Positions 19,357 to 27,983 of a DNA stretch of 64,000 bases are shown here, piece by piece. Under the pieces are notes generated by a model. It was not told the origin of the DNA and did no database searches. It was given only the letters and a program-made list of their open reading frames with translations. Source of the stretch: Cyclobacteriaceae bacterium (GTDB lineage: Bacteria; Bacteroidota; Bacteroidia; Cytophagales; Cyclobacteriaceae); the NCBI GenBank assembly GCA_019638275.1, contig JAHBUC010000005.1, positions 111,149 to 175,148 on the forward strand. Direction: 5' to 3'. The stretch's first letter is position 1, and every line of letters begins with the position of its first letter. A program made the translations under genes and the position numbers.

Positions 19357-20202
19357 GTGAACGAAGAAGAAATAAAAAGGCTTAATGAACTTTTAAACGA
19401 ACGCACCATGAAACTCATGGAGCGCGAAAGTGAACTAGCTGACCGTTTTGAAGAACTGGAAGCGCAAAAGGAAGAACTGACAGCCGCGGTAGAGGAATTG
19501 ATTGAAAAAAATAAACTCCTGGCCGAACGAAACCAGGAACTCGACCAGATTTTATACCGCGCCTCGCACGACCTCGGTTCGCCTGTGGCATCCATGGTAG
19601 GCGTGCTGAGCCTGTTGCAACTGGAAACTATTCCTGAAAACTTTAAACCCTATTGCCAGCATTTTGAAAAGGCCATCACCCAGATGCAAGCGGTAGTAAA
19701 AACACTCATCTTGCTCGGTCAGGCTACAGATGAATCATTTAATCCTGTTGTGTTTACTATACAGGATGTAGTGGAAGATGAGATCAGCCAGTTGAATTAC
19801 CTCGGCAACTTCAGCCAGATCGAATTCAAAAAATCATTCTCAGGCGATGGACAACTCTACGCGGATGAATCCCAGTTGCGTATTATTCTGAAATGCGTAA
19901 TGGCGAATGCTGTTATTTTCCGCAATCCCGGTAAGGGCGTGGTAACGGTTGACGTGCACGCACAGCCCGATCAACTTAATTTGCGCATAGCGGATGATGG
20001 GGAGGGCATTTCTGCCGAAACAGGTAAGAAGATTTTTGACATGTTTTACCGCGGCTCTGAAAAATCGGTGGGCCTGGGCATGGGCTTATACATGGTGCGT
20101 AAAATTGTGGATCGCCTGCGCGGCTCGCTCATGTGGCAGAGCGGTAATGGACAAACCGTATTTACGATTTCAATTCCTGTAGCTGCTGCTCCAGTTTCTT
20201 AA
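19357..20202 (+). CDS. Cytoplasmic histidine kinase with N-terminal coiled coil
   Basis: Coiled coil, H-box YRASHDLGSPV, N box ANAVIF, G boxes ADDGEGI and GLGMGLYMV. GTG start. Confidence 0.75.
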   Translation: MNEEEIKRLNELLNERTMKLMERESELADRFEELEAQKEELTAAVEELIEKNKLLAERNQELDQILYRASHDLGSPVASMVGVLSLLQLETIPENFKPYCQHFEKAITQMQAVVKTLILLGQATDESFNPVVFTIQDVVEDEISQLNYLGNFSQIEFKKSFSGDGQLYADESQLRIILKCVMANAVIFRNPGKGVVTVDVHAQPDQLNLRIADDGEGISAETGKKIFDMFYRGSEKSVGLGMGLYMVRKIVDRLRGSLMWQSGNGQTVFTISIPVAAAPVS

Positions 20203-20452
20203 CGTGTGCAATGGAGTCTGCAAGCATAATTTTACGGCACATATTGATTTCCATGACGTACCGGGTTTCGCTTTCCAGCACGCTGAGTTGATGAGATAGT
20301 AAATCAAGTGACCCGGAAATTTTCCGGGCCACTTCGTTATCCCATGCTGCAGGTTTAATTAATTCCGATACACTTCTTAGTTCAGCTTTTGCGGCTTCAA
20401 TGCACTGCAGAATTTTTTCTGGATTATCGCCTACATCCGGAAGGCTGTTCAT
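20162..20452 (-). CDS. Hypothetical helical protein
   Basis: 96-aa ORF immediately downstream of the 20457-20891 gene on the same strand. No motif recognised. Confidence 0.4.
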   Translation of the reverse strand: MNSLPDVGDNPEKILQCIEAAKAELRSVSELIKPAAWDNEVARKISGSLDLLSHQLSVLESETRYVMEINMCRKIMLADSIAHVKKLEQQLQELKS

Positions 20453-20456
20453 GCAT

Positions 20457-20891
20457 TTAGTTTAAGATGGCTGCTTCCAGCGTTTCGGCATATTGAATAT
20501 CCATGTGCTGGTACTTTCCATTGGGATGATTGGCTTTGATTTTTTCACGCCCGATTTTCACACTCTGACGAAACACTTCATCCTGTGGTAAAATTTTACG
20601 GTGTGTTTTCAAGCCGTGTTCAAACATTTGTTCCTTCCACTCCACAAAATACCACTCCATAGAGGGTTGATGAAACACCGTTAGTTTTCTTTTGTCGAAT
20701 ACGAGTTTGGTAATCTTTTTCTCCTTCACCAGCTCACCAATGGCAGCAAAAATTTCCTTGAATTGCTCAATGGGAATATAGGTAGCTGTAGCTTCCACTA
20801 CGGCAACTTCGCGGTTTCCTTCCACGGTTTTGATTACAGCGTGCTTGAAGGTGCGTGCCACAGTCATTTCCAGCTTTTCTGTCAGATTCAT
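20457..20891 (-). CDS. Hypothetical protein
   Basis: 144-aa ORF with normal-looking composition. No motif recognised. Confidence 0.5.
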   Translation of the reverse strand: MNLTEKLEMTVARTFKHAVIKTVEGNREVAVVEATATYIPIEQFKEIFAAIGELVKEKKITKLVFDKRKLTVFHQPSMEWYFVEWKEQMFEHGLKTHRKILPQDEVFRQSVKIGREKIKANHPNGKYQHMDIQYAETLEAAILN

Positions 20892-20989
20892 AATGTCCTT
20901 TTAAGTTTTAGTACAGGAATAACATGACCAAAACGGTATTGTTTAATGATGCCGAAAATAAAACCTGAAAGCTGCGGTTATGGCTGTAG

Positions 20990-21500
20990 CGCACTCCGCA
21001 TCAACGTCACTCGATAGGTGGTACTAAAGTTTTCTACTCGCTTCGTTGCTGAAGTGCGTCTTTTTTTGTTTTAGCCTCACCCCATCCTTTTTCATCAGGT
21101 TGCGAAAACCTGAATCGCCCCTCTCCCGTGGAGAGGGGCAACGCGACCCTTACTCATGGCAAGCCCTTGGGTGGGGTGAGGCTAACCCTCAGCAAAATAA
21201 GTTGGAAAAAGTTTACACTCTGTGAAACCTTTTCCCGCGTTTTTTCGTGATCTTTGCCATCGGCCTCACAAGCCCCAATCGTTAATGCCTATGATTCTCA
21301 CATTCTAAATTATCCAGTGTCCACATCCCGTTCGGGGATTGACATGGGATTTTTTGTTGGTTACGCACCGACCGGCCGCACGTCCGGCCAATTCGTAAAT
21401 CATTTTTAACCTAAGGTCATCTCTAAAAACCTTCTTTTTTGTTGGCCTCAACCCTTCCCTTCTCCGGTGGAGAAGGATAGCGGAATGTTTTTAGAGATTC
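20990..21500. repeat. Cluster of REP/MITE-like nested palindromes
   Basis: tagcctcacccca (21072-21084) pairs with tggggtgaggcta (21172-21184) and encloses the hairpin cccctctcc-cgt-ggagagggg (21118-21138). A second, related copy, ttgttggcctcaaccc...ccttctcc-ggt-ggagaagg, ends at 21457-21475. Confidence 0.65.
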
Positions 21501-21522
21501 CCTTTCTTAACTCATCATAGGT

Positions 21523-22926
21523 ATGTCTGTTTTTACCAAAGCAGGTTCGTTATTTCGTTTATTCAAACAAGCCCTCAAAGGCGAGGAGCACAGCTACACC
21601 TCGGGCAGTATCGACAAAGCCATTTTTATGCTGTCGATACCGATGATCCTCGAGATGTCGATGGAGTCGCTGTTTGCCATTGTAGATGCATTTTATGTTA
21701 GCCGCCTGGGCGTTGATGCCCTCGCCACCGTTAGCCTTACCGAATCGGTGCTCACGTTGGTGTATTCCATCGCCATCGGGTTGAGCATGGGCGCTACCGC
21801 GATGGTGGCGCGCAGGGTAGGTGAGGGCAACGTGCCCGAAGCCGCCCGCTCCGGTGTGCAGGCCATTTATTTAGCCACCGGCATTTCGTTACTCATTTCG
21901 GTGGTGGGGTTGTTCTTTGCCGAGAACATTCTCGCGCTCATGGGTGCCTCACAGTCGGTGATCGACACCGGTGCGGGTTACACGCGCTGGATGCTTGGCG
22001 GCAACATCACCATTATGCTCATCTTTTTGATCAACGCCATCTTTCGCGGAGCAGGCGATGCCTCGCTGGCCATGCGCGTGTTGATTCTTTCAAACGGACT
22101 CAACATCGTGCTCGACCCGATTTTTATTTTTGGCTTTGGCCCCATACCTGCGTTTGGTGTGGAAGGTGCCGCCATTGCCACCACCATTGGGCGTGGTGTG
22201 GGTGTGGTGTACCAGCTTGCGCATTTGCTGTATGGCAAAGGACTGATTAAAGTTCACCGGCAAAACCTGCCGATTGATGTTGGATTGATCGGGCGACTGA
22301 TCAAAGTTTCTGCCGGTGGAACGGGGCAGTTCATCATTGCATCTGCGAGTTGGATTTTTCTCGTGCGCATTGTGTCAACCTTTGGCAGCGAAGCGCTGGC
22401 GGGTTACACGATAGCGATACGCGTAATTGTGTTTGCCATATTACCTGCGTGGGGCATGGCCAATGCTTCGGCCACGTTGGTGGGGCAAAACCTGGGTGCA
22501 GGTCATCCCGACCGGGCCGAGCGCTCGGTGTGGCGCACAGGTTTCTTCAACATGGTGTTTATGGTATTTGTAACCATTACGTTTTTAACACTGGCGCGAC
22601 CCATCGTTGAATTTTTTACCACCGATGCGGCCGTGCTACACAACGCCATACAGTGTTTGCAGATTGTAGCGCTGGGCTACGTGTTTTATGCGTACGGCAT
22701 GGTGGTGGCGCAATCGTTTAATGGTGCGGGCGATACGCGCACGCCCACGTTGCTGAATTTTGTTGCCTTCTGGATGTTTCAGATCCCGCTGGCGTATGCG
22801 TTGGCCATTGGGTTTAACCTGGGGCCGATGGGCGTGTACGTGGCCATTGTAGTGGCTGAGTCATTGTTGGCGGTGGCGGGTATTCTCATTTTCCGCAGGG
22901 GTAAGTGGAAGACGGTGAAGATTTAG
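21523..22926 (+). CDS. MATE-family multidrug efflux transporter
   Basis: 467 aa, about 12 TM helices, typical MATE N-terminus (PMILEMSMESLFAIVDAFYVSRLG). Confidence 0.9.
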   Translation: MSVFTKAGSLFRLFKQALKGEEHSYTSGSIDKAIFMLSIPMILEMSMESLFAIVDAFYVSRLGVDALATVSLTESVLTLVYSIAIGLSMGATAMVARRVGEGNVPEAARSGVQAIYLATGISLLISVVGLFFAENILALMGASQSVIDTGAGYTRWMLGGNITIMLIFLINAIFRGAGDASLAMRVLILSNGLNIVLDPIFIFGFGPIPAFGVEGAAIATTIGRGVGVVYQLAHLLYGKGLIKVHRQNLPIDVGLIGRLIKVSAGGTGQFIIASASWIFLVRIVSTFGSEALAGYTIAIRVIVFAILPAWGMANASATLVGQNLGAGHPDRAERSVWRTGFFNMVFMVFVTITFLTLARPIVEFFTTDAAVLHNAIQCLQIVALGYVFYAYGMVVAQSFNGAGDTRTPTLLNFVAFWMFQIPLAYALAIGFNLGPMGVYVAIVVAESLLAVAGILIFRRGKWKTVKI

Positions 22927-22949
22927 CATAGACCACGCGAGTTAAATAC

Positions 22950-23007
22950 ATGAGGAGCTGGGCGCAAGCAGTAAGGCCGCTGGTGCTGCCGGCTCCTCAT
23001 TTTTTTG
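22950..23007 (+). terminator. Probable terminator of the MATE gene, at the left edge of island 1
   Basis: atgaggagc (22950-22958) pairs with gctcctcat (22992-23000), followed by ttttttt. The loop is large. Confidence 0.5.
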
Positions 23008-23166
23008 GTACATACCGTAGGAGTTACTCCTATGCTGATTCAGTAAACAGAAGCGGTTTTTTGTCTTTGAGTTTTGAAAAAGCTGGGATTGGGGTAAATT
23101 CAATAGTTCGAATTGGAATATACTCATTGAGTACATTCACCAGCCAGCCATTTAATCAAGAGAATT

Positions 23167-24045
23167 ATGTACGTTAAAGCAATTGAAGATGCAGACAGAT
23201 ATACAAGGCCCATTCATACAATTGTCAGGACCTATGGTGGGTTAATTAGCCCTGTGACATCAACGTTATTTTTTGTAAATGAAAGTGGCGTGGCCATTAC
23301 GTGTAAGCATGTTTTATAGTTAATAATCCAAGCTGATAAAATCAATCTTGACTTTAGTAATTTTAGAACAGAAAGGAACAAGTTGCCAAGAGATGGGAAA
23401 TTCAAAAGAAAGCTAATAGAGCTTGAAGAAAAGTATAAATACAAAAAGGAAACTGTTGTTCAAATTAAAAACAATTTTGTTAACTGTTTTGACAAGATCA
23501 CTAACTTCCAATGGCACCAACATTCAACACTTGATTTAGCAATAATTGAGTTTAAAGGCCAATCTCAAAATTTATATAGTTCATATGCTACATTCGTAAA
23601 TGATCCAGATAAAGTAAAACAAGGGCGTAGCTTATGTAGACTTGGATATCCATTTCCAGAGTTTAATAATTTTAAACACAATACCATTACTGACGACATT
23701 GAGTGGACAACCGAGGGAAACCTAATAAGCCCTAAATTTCCAATAGATGGAATGATTTCGAGATTTGGAGTTAATAATGGTCTCCTTTCGACTATCGAGT
23801 TAAGCACCCCTGGGCTTCGCGGACAAAGCGGTGGGCCTTTATTCGACTCTGATGCCCTTGTTTATGGAATGCAGTTCATGACAAGTCATTTGCATTTAGG
23901 GTTTGATATAAGAGATAAAGAAGTGATAAGTGATGGAAAAAGAACAAGGGTGTCAAACTACCCATTTTTGCACGTTGGACATTGTATACATGTCGATAGA
24001 ATAAAAGAGTTTCTTAGACAACATAGTATTAAATTCTACGAGTAA
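23167..24045 (+). pseudogene. Cytoplasmic trypsin-fold serine peptidase interrupted by one in-frame TAG (23317-23319)
   Basis: The frame from ATG 23167 reads MYVKAIEDADRYTRPIHTIV...GVAITCKHVL* and continues in the same frame into the 23383-24045 ORF. His (TCKHV), Asp (LDLAIIEF) and Ser (GLRGQSGGPLFD) are all present. No signal peptide. Confidence 0.7.
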
Positions 24046-24113
24046 TAACTGACTGGAGTTTGTTTTTCTTCTGATGTTTCGAATTTAATTGATGCGCAAT
24101 TTTAAATTCTAAT

Positions 24114-25943
24114 ATGTTTGATAAAGCATACAAGACAGTACAAGAATTCACTTTTCCACTCATAATAATCGCGAGATTTTATGATAAACGGGTGGTGGCA
24201 GAAGTAGGAAATTTTATCTTATTAAATAAAGATGGCTGGTTAATGACGACAGCTTATCACTTTCGTTATATAAGCTTGTATAAAAAACACAAAAGTGAGA
24301 TTGAAGAATATCAAATTAAGTCAAAATCTCTCTATTCGCGAAAGAGAAAATCTAAAAGGCAACAAAAGAAATTGTTGAAGTTGCAAATCAGTAAAGACTG
24401 GATAACTCATTACGATATTTTATTTGGCGGGATTAATATGGGAATAAAAGAGTATTATGTGTTTAGTGAGCATGATCTCGCATTAGTTAGGGTTGATCCA
24501 AAATATTTTGATAGAGTTGAAATTTACCCCAGTATAAGAGGTTCATCATCTCTCAAGCCTGGAATTAAACTATGTAGAATTGGGTACGTGTGTACTGAAC
24601 TAAATATTTCATTTGACGAATCAACAAATAAGTTCAGTATTAATGAGCTACCCCGACTATCGAGGTTGCCAATTGATGGAATATATACACGGAATGTCAT
24701 CGCTGGAAAATCGAGAGATGGAAACGAAATAGTTTATATAGAGACTTCAACATCTGGTTTGGCGGGACATGAGGGTTGCGCAATTGTTGATGAGGATGGT
24801 AATATTTGCGCAATTCATTCAAGTAACTTAGAAGTGTCTGTTGGACTTATTGGTATTCATGATAAAAAGCAGAAATTAGGTAATTCTCATTTGACAGGGA
24901 TTGGAGTTCATTCGAAAACAATAACAAAGCTATTAAGTAGTTGTGGAATAGACTTTAAGCTGACGGGTGAAACAGAACCATTGGAAAGTGAGATATTCAC
25001 TCCTGATGAAAGCGGAAAAGTGAAAATGACTTTAAAGGTTGATAATGAAGACCCGAAAGAGAGTAGCGAGAATAAATTTCTTATAGGCTCATTTAAAAGT
25101 GTTTTTATTGACTTTGGATTGTGCTTGTGCGCCTTTAAGAATTCAGAGTATATTCCTTCCGGAACAGCTGTAATGGTAGGTCCATGTTTAGCAATGACTG
25201 CGCGTCATGTTGTTGAGGATTTTCTGCGCGTTTTTGATGGTAAGAAATATTTTGAAGGCAATCCCAAAAAAGACACTGGGACATTTAGCACGATGGTCAT
25301 AAATCCTAAATCTGAAGCGAAGTGGGCCGTTCAACAATTTTATTTTTTAGTAGAAGGGGTAGATGTAGCATTCTTAAAGCTTGCTCCTCAAAATCAAATG
25401 GCGAAAGATAGGGTTAATATATTTGCAACAATTGATTTAAGCATGCCAAAGATTGGGGATAAGATTTTTGCTTTCGGTTTCGTTGATACACAGACTATTG
25501 CAGAAAAAAAGTCCGAGGATCATATATCATTTGGTAATGGAATGTCAAGATCTTTGGCTTACTCTGAGGGTGTTGTTAAAGAGGTTCATCAACAGTATCG
25601 TGATCTGAGCAGACTTAAGTTTCCTTGCTTTCAAACTAATGCCAGATTTGATGGTGGTATGAGCGGGGGGCCTGTTCTTAACGAAAACGGAATCGTTATT
25701 GGGCTAGTTTGCTCGAACCTTCCCCCATCATCAATTGAAGAAGAACATGTTTCGTACGTGTCACTCCTATGGTCATCAATGTTGATTTCTATTTCTTTGC
25801 CGTTCCCTGAATTTGAGCTTGATAAGGATTATCCAGTTTTATTTTTGGCAAAGCACAAGATTATTAATGTAATTGGTTGGGAGAAGTGCTTTTTGGAGAA
25901 GAATGACTCAGGAAAGTTTGTTATTGGTTTTAGATTGGACTGA
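24114..25943 (+). CDS. Two-domain trypsin-fold protein: N-terminal pseudo-protease (Ser to Glu) plus an intact C-terminal serine protease domain
   Basis: The N-terminal domain is paralogous to the upstream gene (TTAYHF / HDLALVRV / GLAGHEGCAIVD, Glu codon at 24771-24773 where Ser is expected). The C-terminal domain has MTARHV, DVAFLKL and DGGMSGGPVL. No signal peptide. Confidence 0.75.
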   Translation: MFDKAYKTVQEFTFPLIIIARFYDKRVVAEVGNFILLNKDGWLMTTAYHFRYISLYKKHKSEIEEYQIKSKSLYSRKRKSKRQQKKLLKLQISKDWITHYDILFGGINMGIKEYYVFSEHDLALVRVDPKYFDRVEIYPSIRGSSSLKPGIKLCRIGYVCTELNISFDESTNKFSINELPRLSRLPIDGIYTRNVIAGKSRDGNEIVYIETSTSGLAGHEGCAIVDEDGNICAIHSSNLEVSVGLIGIHDKKQKLGNSHLTGIGVHSKTITKLLSSCGIDFKLTGETEPLESEIFTPDESGKVKMTLKVDNEDPKESSENKFLIGSFKSVFIDFGLCLCAFKNSEYIPSGTAVMVGPCLAMTARHVVEDFLRVFDGKKYFEGNPKKDTGTFSTMVINPKSEAKWAVQQFYFLVEGVDVAFLKLAPQNQMAKDRVNIFATIDLSMPKIGDKIFAFGFVDTQTIAEKKSEDHISFGNGMSRSLAYSEGVVKEVHQQYRDLSRLKFPCFQTNARFDGGMSGGPVLNENGIVIGLVCSNLPPSSIEEEHVSYVSLLWSSMLISISLPFPEFELDKDYPVLFLAKHKIINVIGWEKCFLEKNDSGKFVIGFRLD

Positions 25944-25951
25944 ATTACACC

Positions 25952-26045
25952 CATCAACGTCACTCGCTGGAGGGCGTTGATGTTTTGAATTTTTATGTGT
26001 TCGTTGCCTCAACGTCCCCTTCGGGTGACATTGAGGTGGTTGAAG
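25952..26045. repeat. Hairpin repeat element, copy 1 (full length)
   Basis: catcaacg...cgttgatg palindrome followed by cctcaacgtccccttcgggtgacattgagg (26007-26036). Confidence 0.8.
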
Positions 26046-26087
26046 TAAATGTAAAGTGAAAAGCCTGCCATTACCCACATTTTAAAA

Positions 26088-26363
26088 ATGACAAAAATTG
26101 AACAAATATTATTCGGACTCGCTGTTAGTGGTGGAATTGGAGTAGCGTTGAGTGCCCTTATTTATTGGGATACGATAATGATTTTCTTTTGGCTGACAAA
26201 CATGTCATTGATAACTTTAATGATTTACTACATAGCTACCATAGATAAGTCATTGTGGACAGTAGTAATTGCTTTAATGATTTTGCGGACAATTGGATAC
26301 ATGTTTGGTGTTTTGCAATCTTCGTACAAGGACTTTTGTACTTGCATCCTGATCATAATATGA
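26088..26363 (+). CDS. Small membrane protein (91 aa, about 3 TM)
   Basis: Hydrophobic ORF. Its stop overlaps the start of the next small ORF (ATATGA). Confidence 0.45.
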   Translation: MTKIEQILFGLAVSGGIGVALSALIYWDTIMIFFWLTNMSLITLMIYYIATIDKSLWTVVIALMILRTIGYMFGVLQSSYKDFCTCILIII

Positions 26364-26524
26364 CATTTGCCGGTAGACTGATGAATATTCTAATTGTGGG
26401 TATTATCGGGACAATAAAGCTTAAGAATATAAGGAGTACTTTAGGACTTGATAAAATATTAAATCTATTTCTTGCACAAGGATTAATAACAGTATCCTTT
26501 GACACAATAGGGCTATTGAAGTGA
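26360..26524 (+). CDS. Small membrane protein (54 aa), translationally coupled to the upstream ORF
   Basis: MTFAGRLMNILIVGIIGTIKL... begins at the ATG 26360-26362, which overlaps the TGA at 26361-26363. The longer 26255 start in the track overlaps the upstream ORF and is less likely. Confidence 0.35.
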   Translation: MTFAGRLMNILIVGIIGTIKLKNIRSTLGLDKILNLFLAQGLITVSFDTIGLLK

Positions 26525-26550
26525 ATTTTGAGTGCTGTATTAAGTTAGCA

Positions 26551-26598
26551 ATTCGTTTCCTCAACGTCCTCTTCGAGTGACATTGAGGGGGTTGAAAG
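26551..26598. repeat. Hairpin repeat element, copy 2 (3' half only)
   Basis: attcgtttcctcaacgtcctcttcgagtgacattgagggggttgaaag. Confidence 0.8.
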
Positions 26599-26808
26599 AG
26601 TTGTCCTGAAAATGTGGAGCTTACAGTTTGGGTTACATAGTATACAACGTTAAAGACACACAGCACTGTATAATTCAAGTAACAGATTAAACGGTCGCAG
26701 ATAATTCACAAGTTTTTTCTATCTTCGTTTGTGGTGGGTAGTTTTTCGATTTTAGATCCGTTACTGGATTTATGCAAACCGTTGTTGTAATTCATTAAGA
26801 ACCAAATT

Positions 26809-27705
26809 ATGAGAAACAGAATTTTATTGTTTTTGTTATTTCCAATAGGTTTAATTAATGCTCAAGGTCGCCTTAATTCTCAACCTGGATATAATCCAAT
26901 CTACCCAAAATTGATTAGTATGATGCATTCATACGATGCGTCAACTCAATTAGGTAAAAAGAACAAGTTTACTTTGGAGCAGTTTAATTCTAAAGAGAAT
27001 TATCAACAAATAGAAATCTACTTCTGCTATGAACTGGATTCTACACTTGAGAAAATGGGAGAAACCATTTATTTCCATCCTCCCAAACAATTAATGGATT
27101 TTTACGTCATTCATCATTATAATTACCGGTTGAATTTAAATTCAGCTCCATTTTTCTCTGATGATGAAATAAAAATCCCGGAAATAACTGTTCCGACTCA
27201 TACTTTCATTAAAGACATTCAAGCTCAATATTACTATTTAAAAAACGGGAAACTTCGCTTACAAAAAATTAAAAAAAATGAAATTCTTCCCAAAATTTCA
27301 CAAGAGAAATTAGTTATCAGGATTAATACCATTAAACCTGCTGTTTCATATATTGAAATTGACATTAAACTGAAATCAAGAAATTTTGAAGACATCAATC
27401 CAATGATTGTCCAGGACATTGAAAATATTGATTGCTCGATTAGAATACCTAAAATATTTGAATATGAAATTACATCATCTGAAAATGTAGTAATTGAAGA
27501 TGAGAAATTTAAAATGTTAAAATTTTATAGAAACACTACTAACTGGGATAAAATGATTGAGGCTTTTGATATTGGCCTTAAATCTTATTCTTGGAATGTA
27601 TCAAAAGGCACTTTTTTAACTCCTAAGTTAAAACTGAAAAAGATAATGTATCCAATTGGCTCTGACATCGGGTTTCCTATTGAATATTTAGTGCAATCAG
27701 AATAA
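26809..27705 (+). CDS. Secreted hypothetical protein
   Basis: Signal peptide MRNRILLFLLFPIGLINAQ; 298 aa; Asn/Lys/Ile-rich; no motif recognised. Confidence 0.6.
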   Translation: MRNRILLFLLFPIGLINAQGRLNSQPGYNPIYPKLISMMHSYDASTQLGKKNKFTLEQFNSKENYQQIEIYFCYELDSTLEKMGETIYFHPPKQLMDFYVIHHYNYRLNLNSAPFFSDDEIKIPEITVPTHTFIKDIQAQYYYLKNGKLRLQKIKKNEILPKISQEKLVIRINTIKPAVSYIEIDIKLKSRNFEDINPMIVQDIENIDCSIRIPKIFEYEITSSENVVIEDEKFKMLKFYRNTTNWDKMIEAFDIGLKSYSWNVSKGTFLTPKLKLKKIMYPIGSDIGFPIEYLVQSE

Positions 27706-27844
27706 ATATAGCGAATTGCAACATAATGCATAAAGGCACAGTTGGTAGGTAGTTTTTCAATGCTTTGTACGCATGAGTTCCTCCGCCAATCCTTGGATTG
27801 CCTTGAATCGTTTGAAAAGCAAAAATTAAAATGACGACTTGACT

Positions 27845-27918
27845 AGAGGGCGTTGATGTTTTGAGTTTTTATGTAATTCGTTTCCTCAACGTCCCCTTCG
27901 GGTGACATTGAGGGGGTT
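27845..27918. repeat. Hairpin repeat element, copy 3
   Basis: agagggcgttgatgttttgagtttttatgtaattcgtttcctcaacgtccccttcgggtgacattgagggggtt is near-identical to copy 1. Confidence 0.8.
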
Positions 27919-27983
27919 AGGATAAATTTTGCTTTCATTTTTACCTTTTGGCCAACGGATGTGTCTAAAGGAAAAAGAAAATT

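Noticed and set aside
26255-26524. The 89-aa version of the second small membrane ORF.
   Set aside because: Its first 35 codons overlap the upstream 91-aa ORF in another frame. The internal ATG at 26360, coupled to the upstream stop, is more plausible. Both calls remain low confidence.
25952-27918. Possible CRISPR array suggested by the recurring 30-nt hairpin repeat.
   Set aside because: There are only three copies, 0.5-1.3 kb apart, with protein-coding ORFs between them. The repeats also carry variable flanking modules. This fits a REP/MITE-like element, not a CRISPR array.
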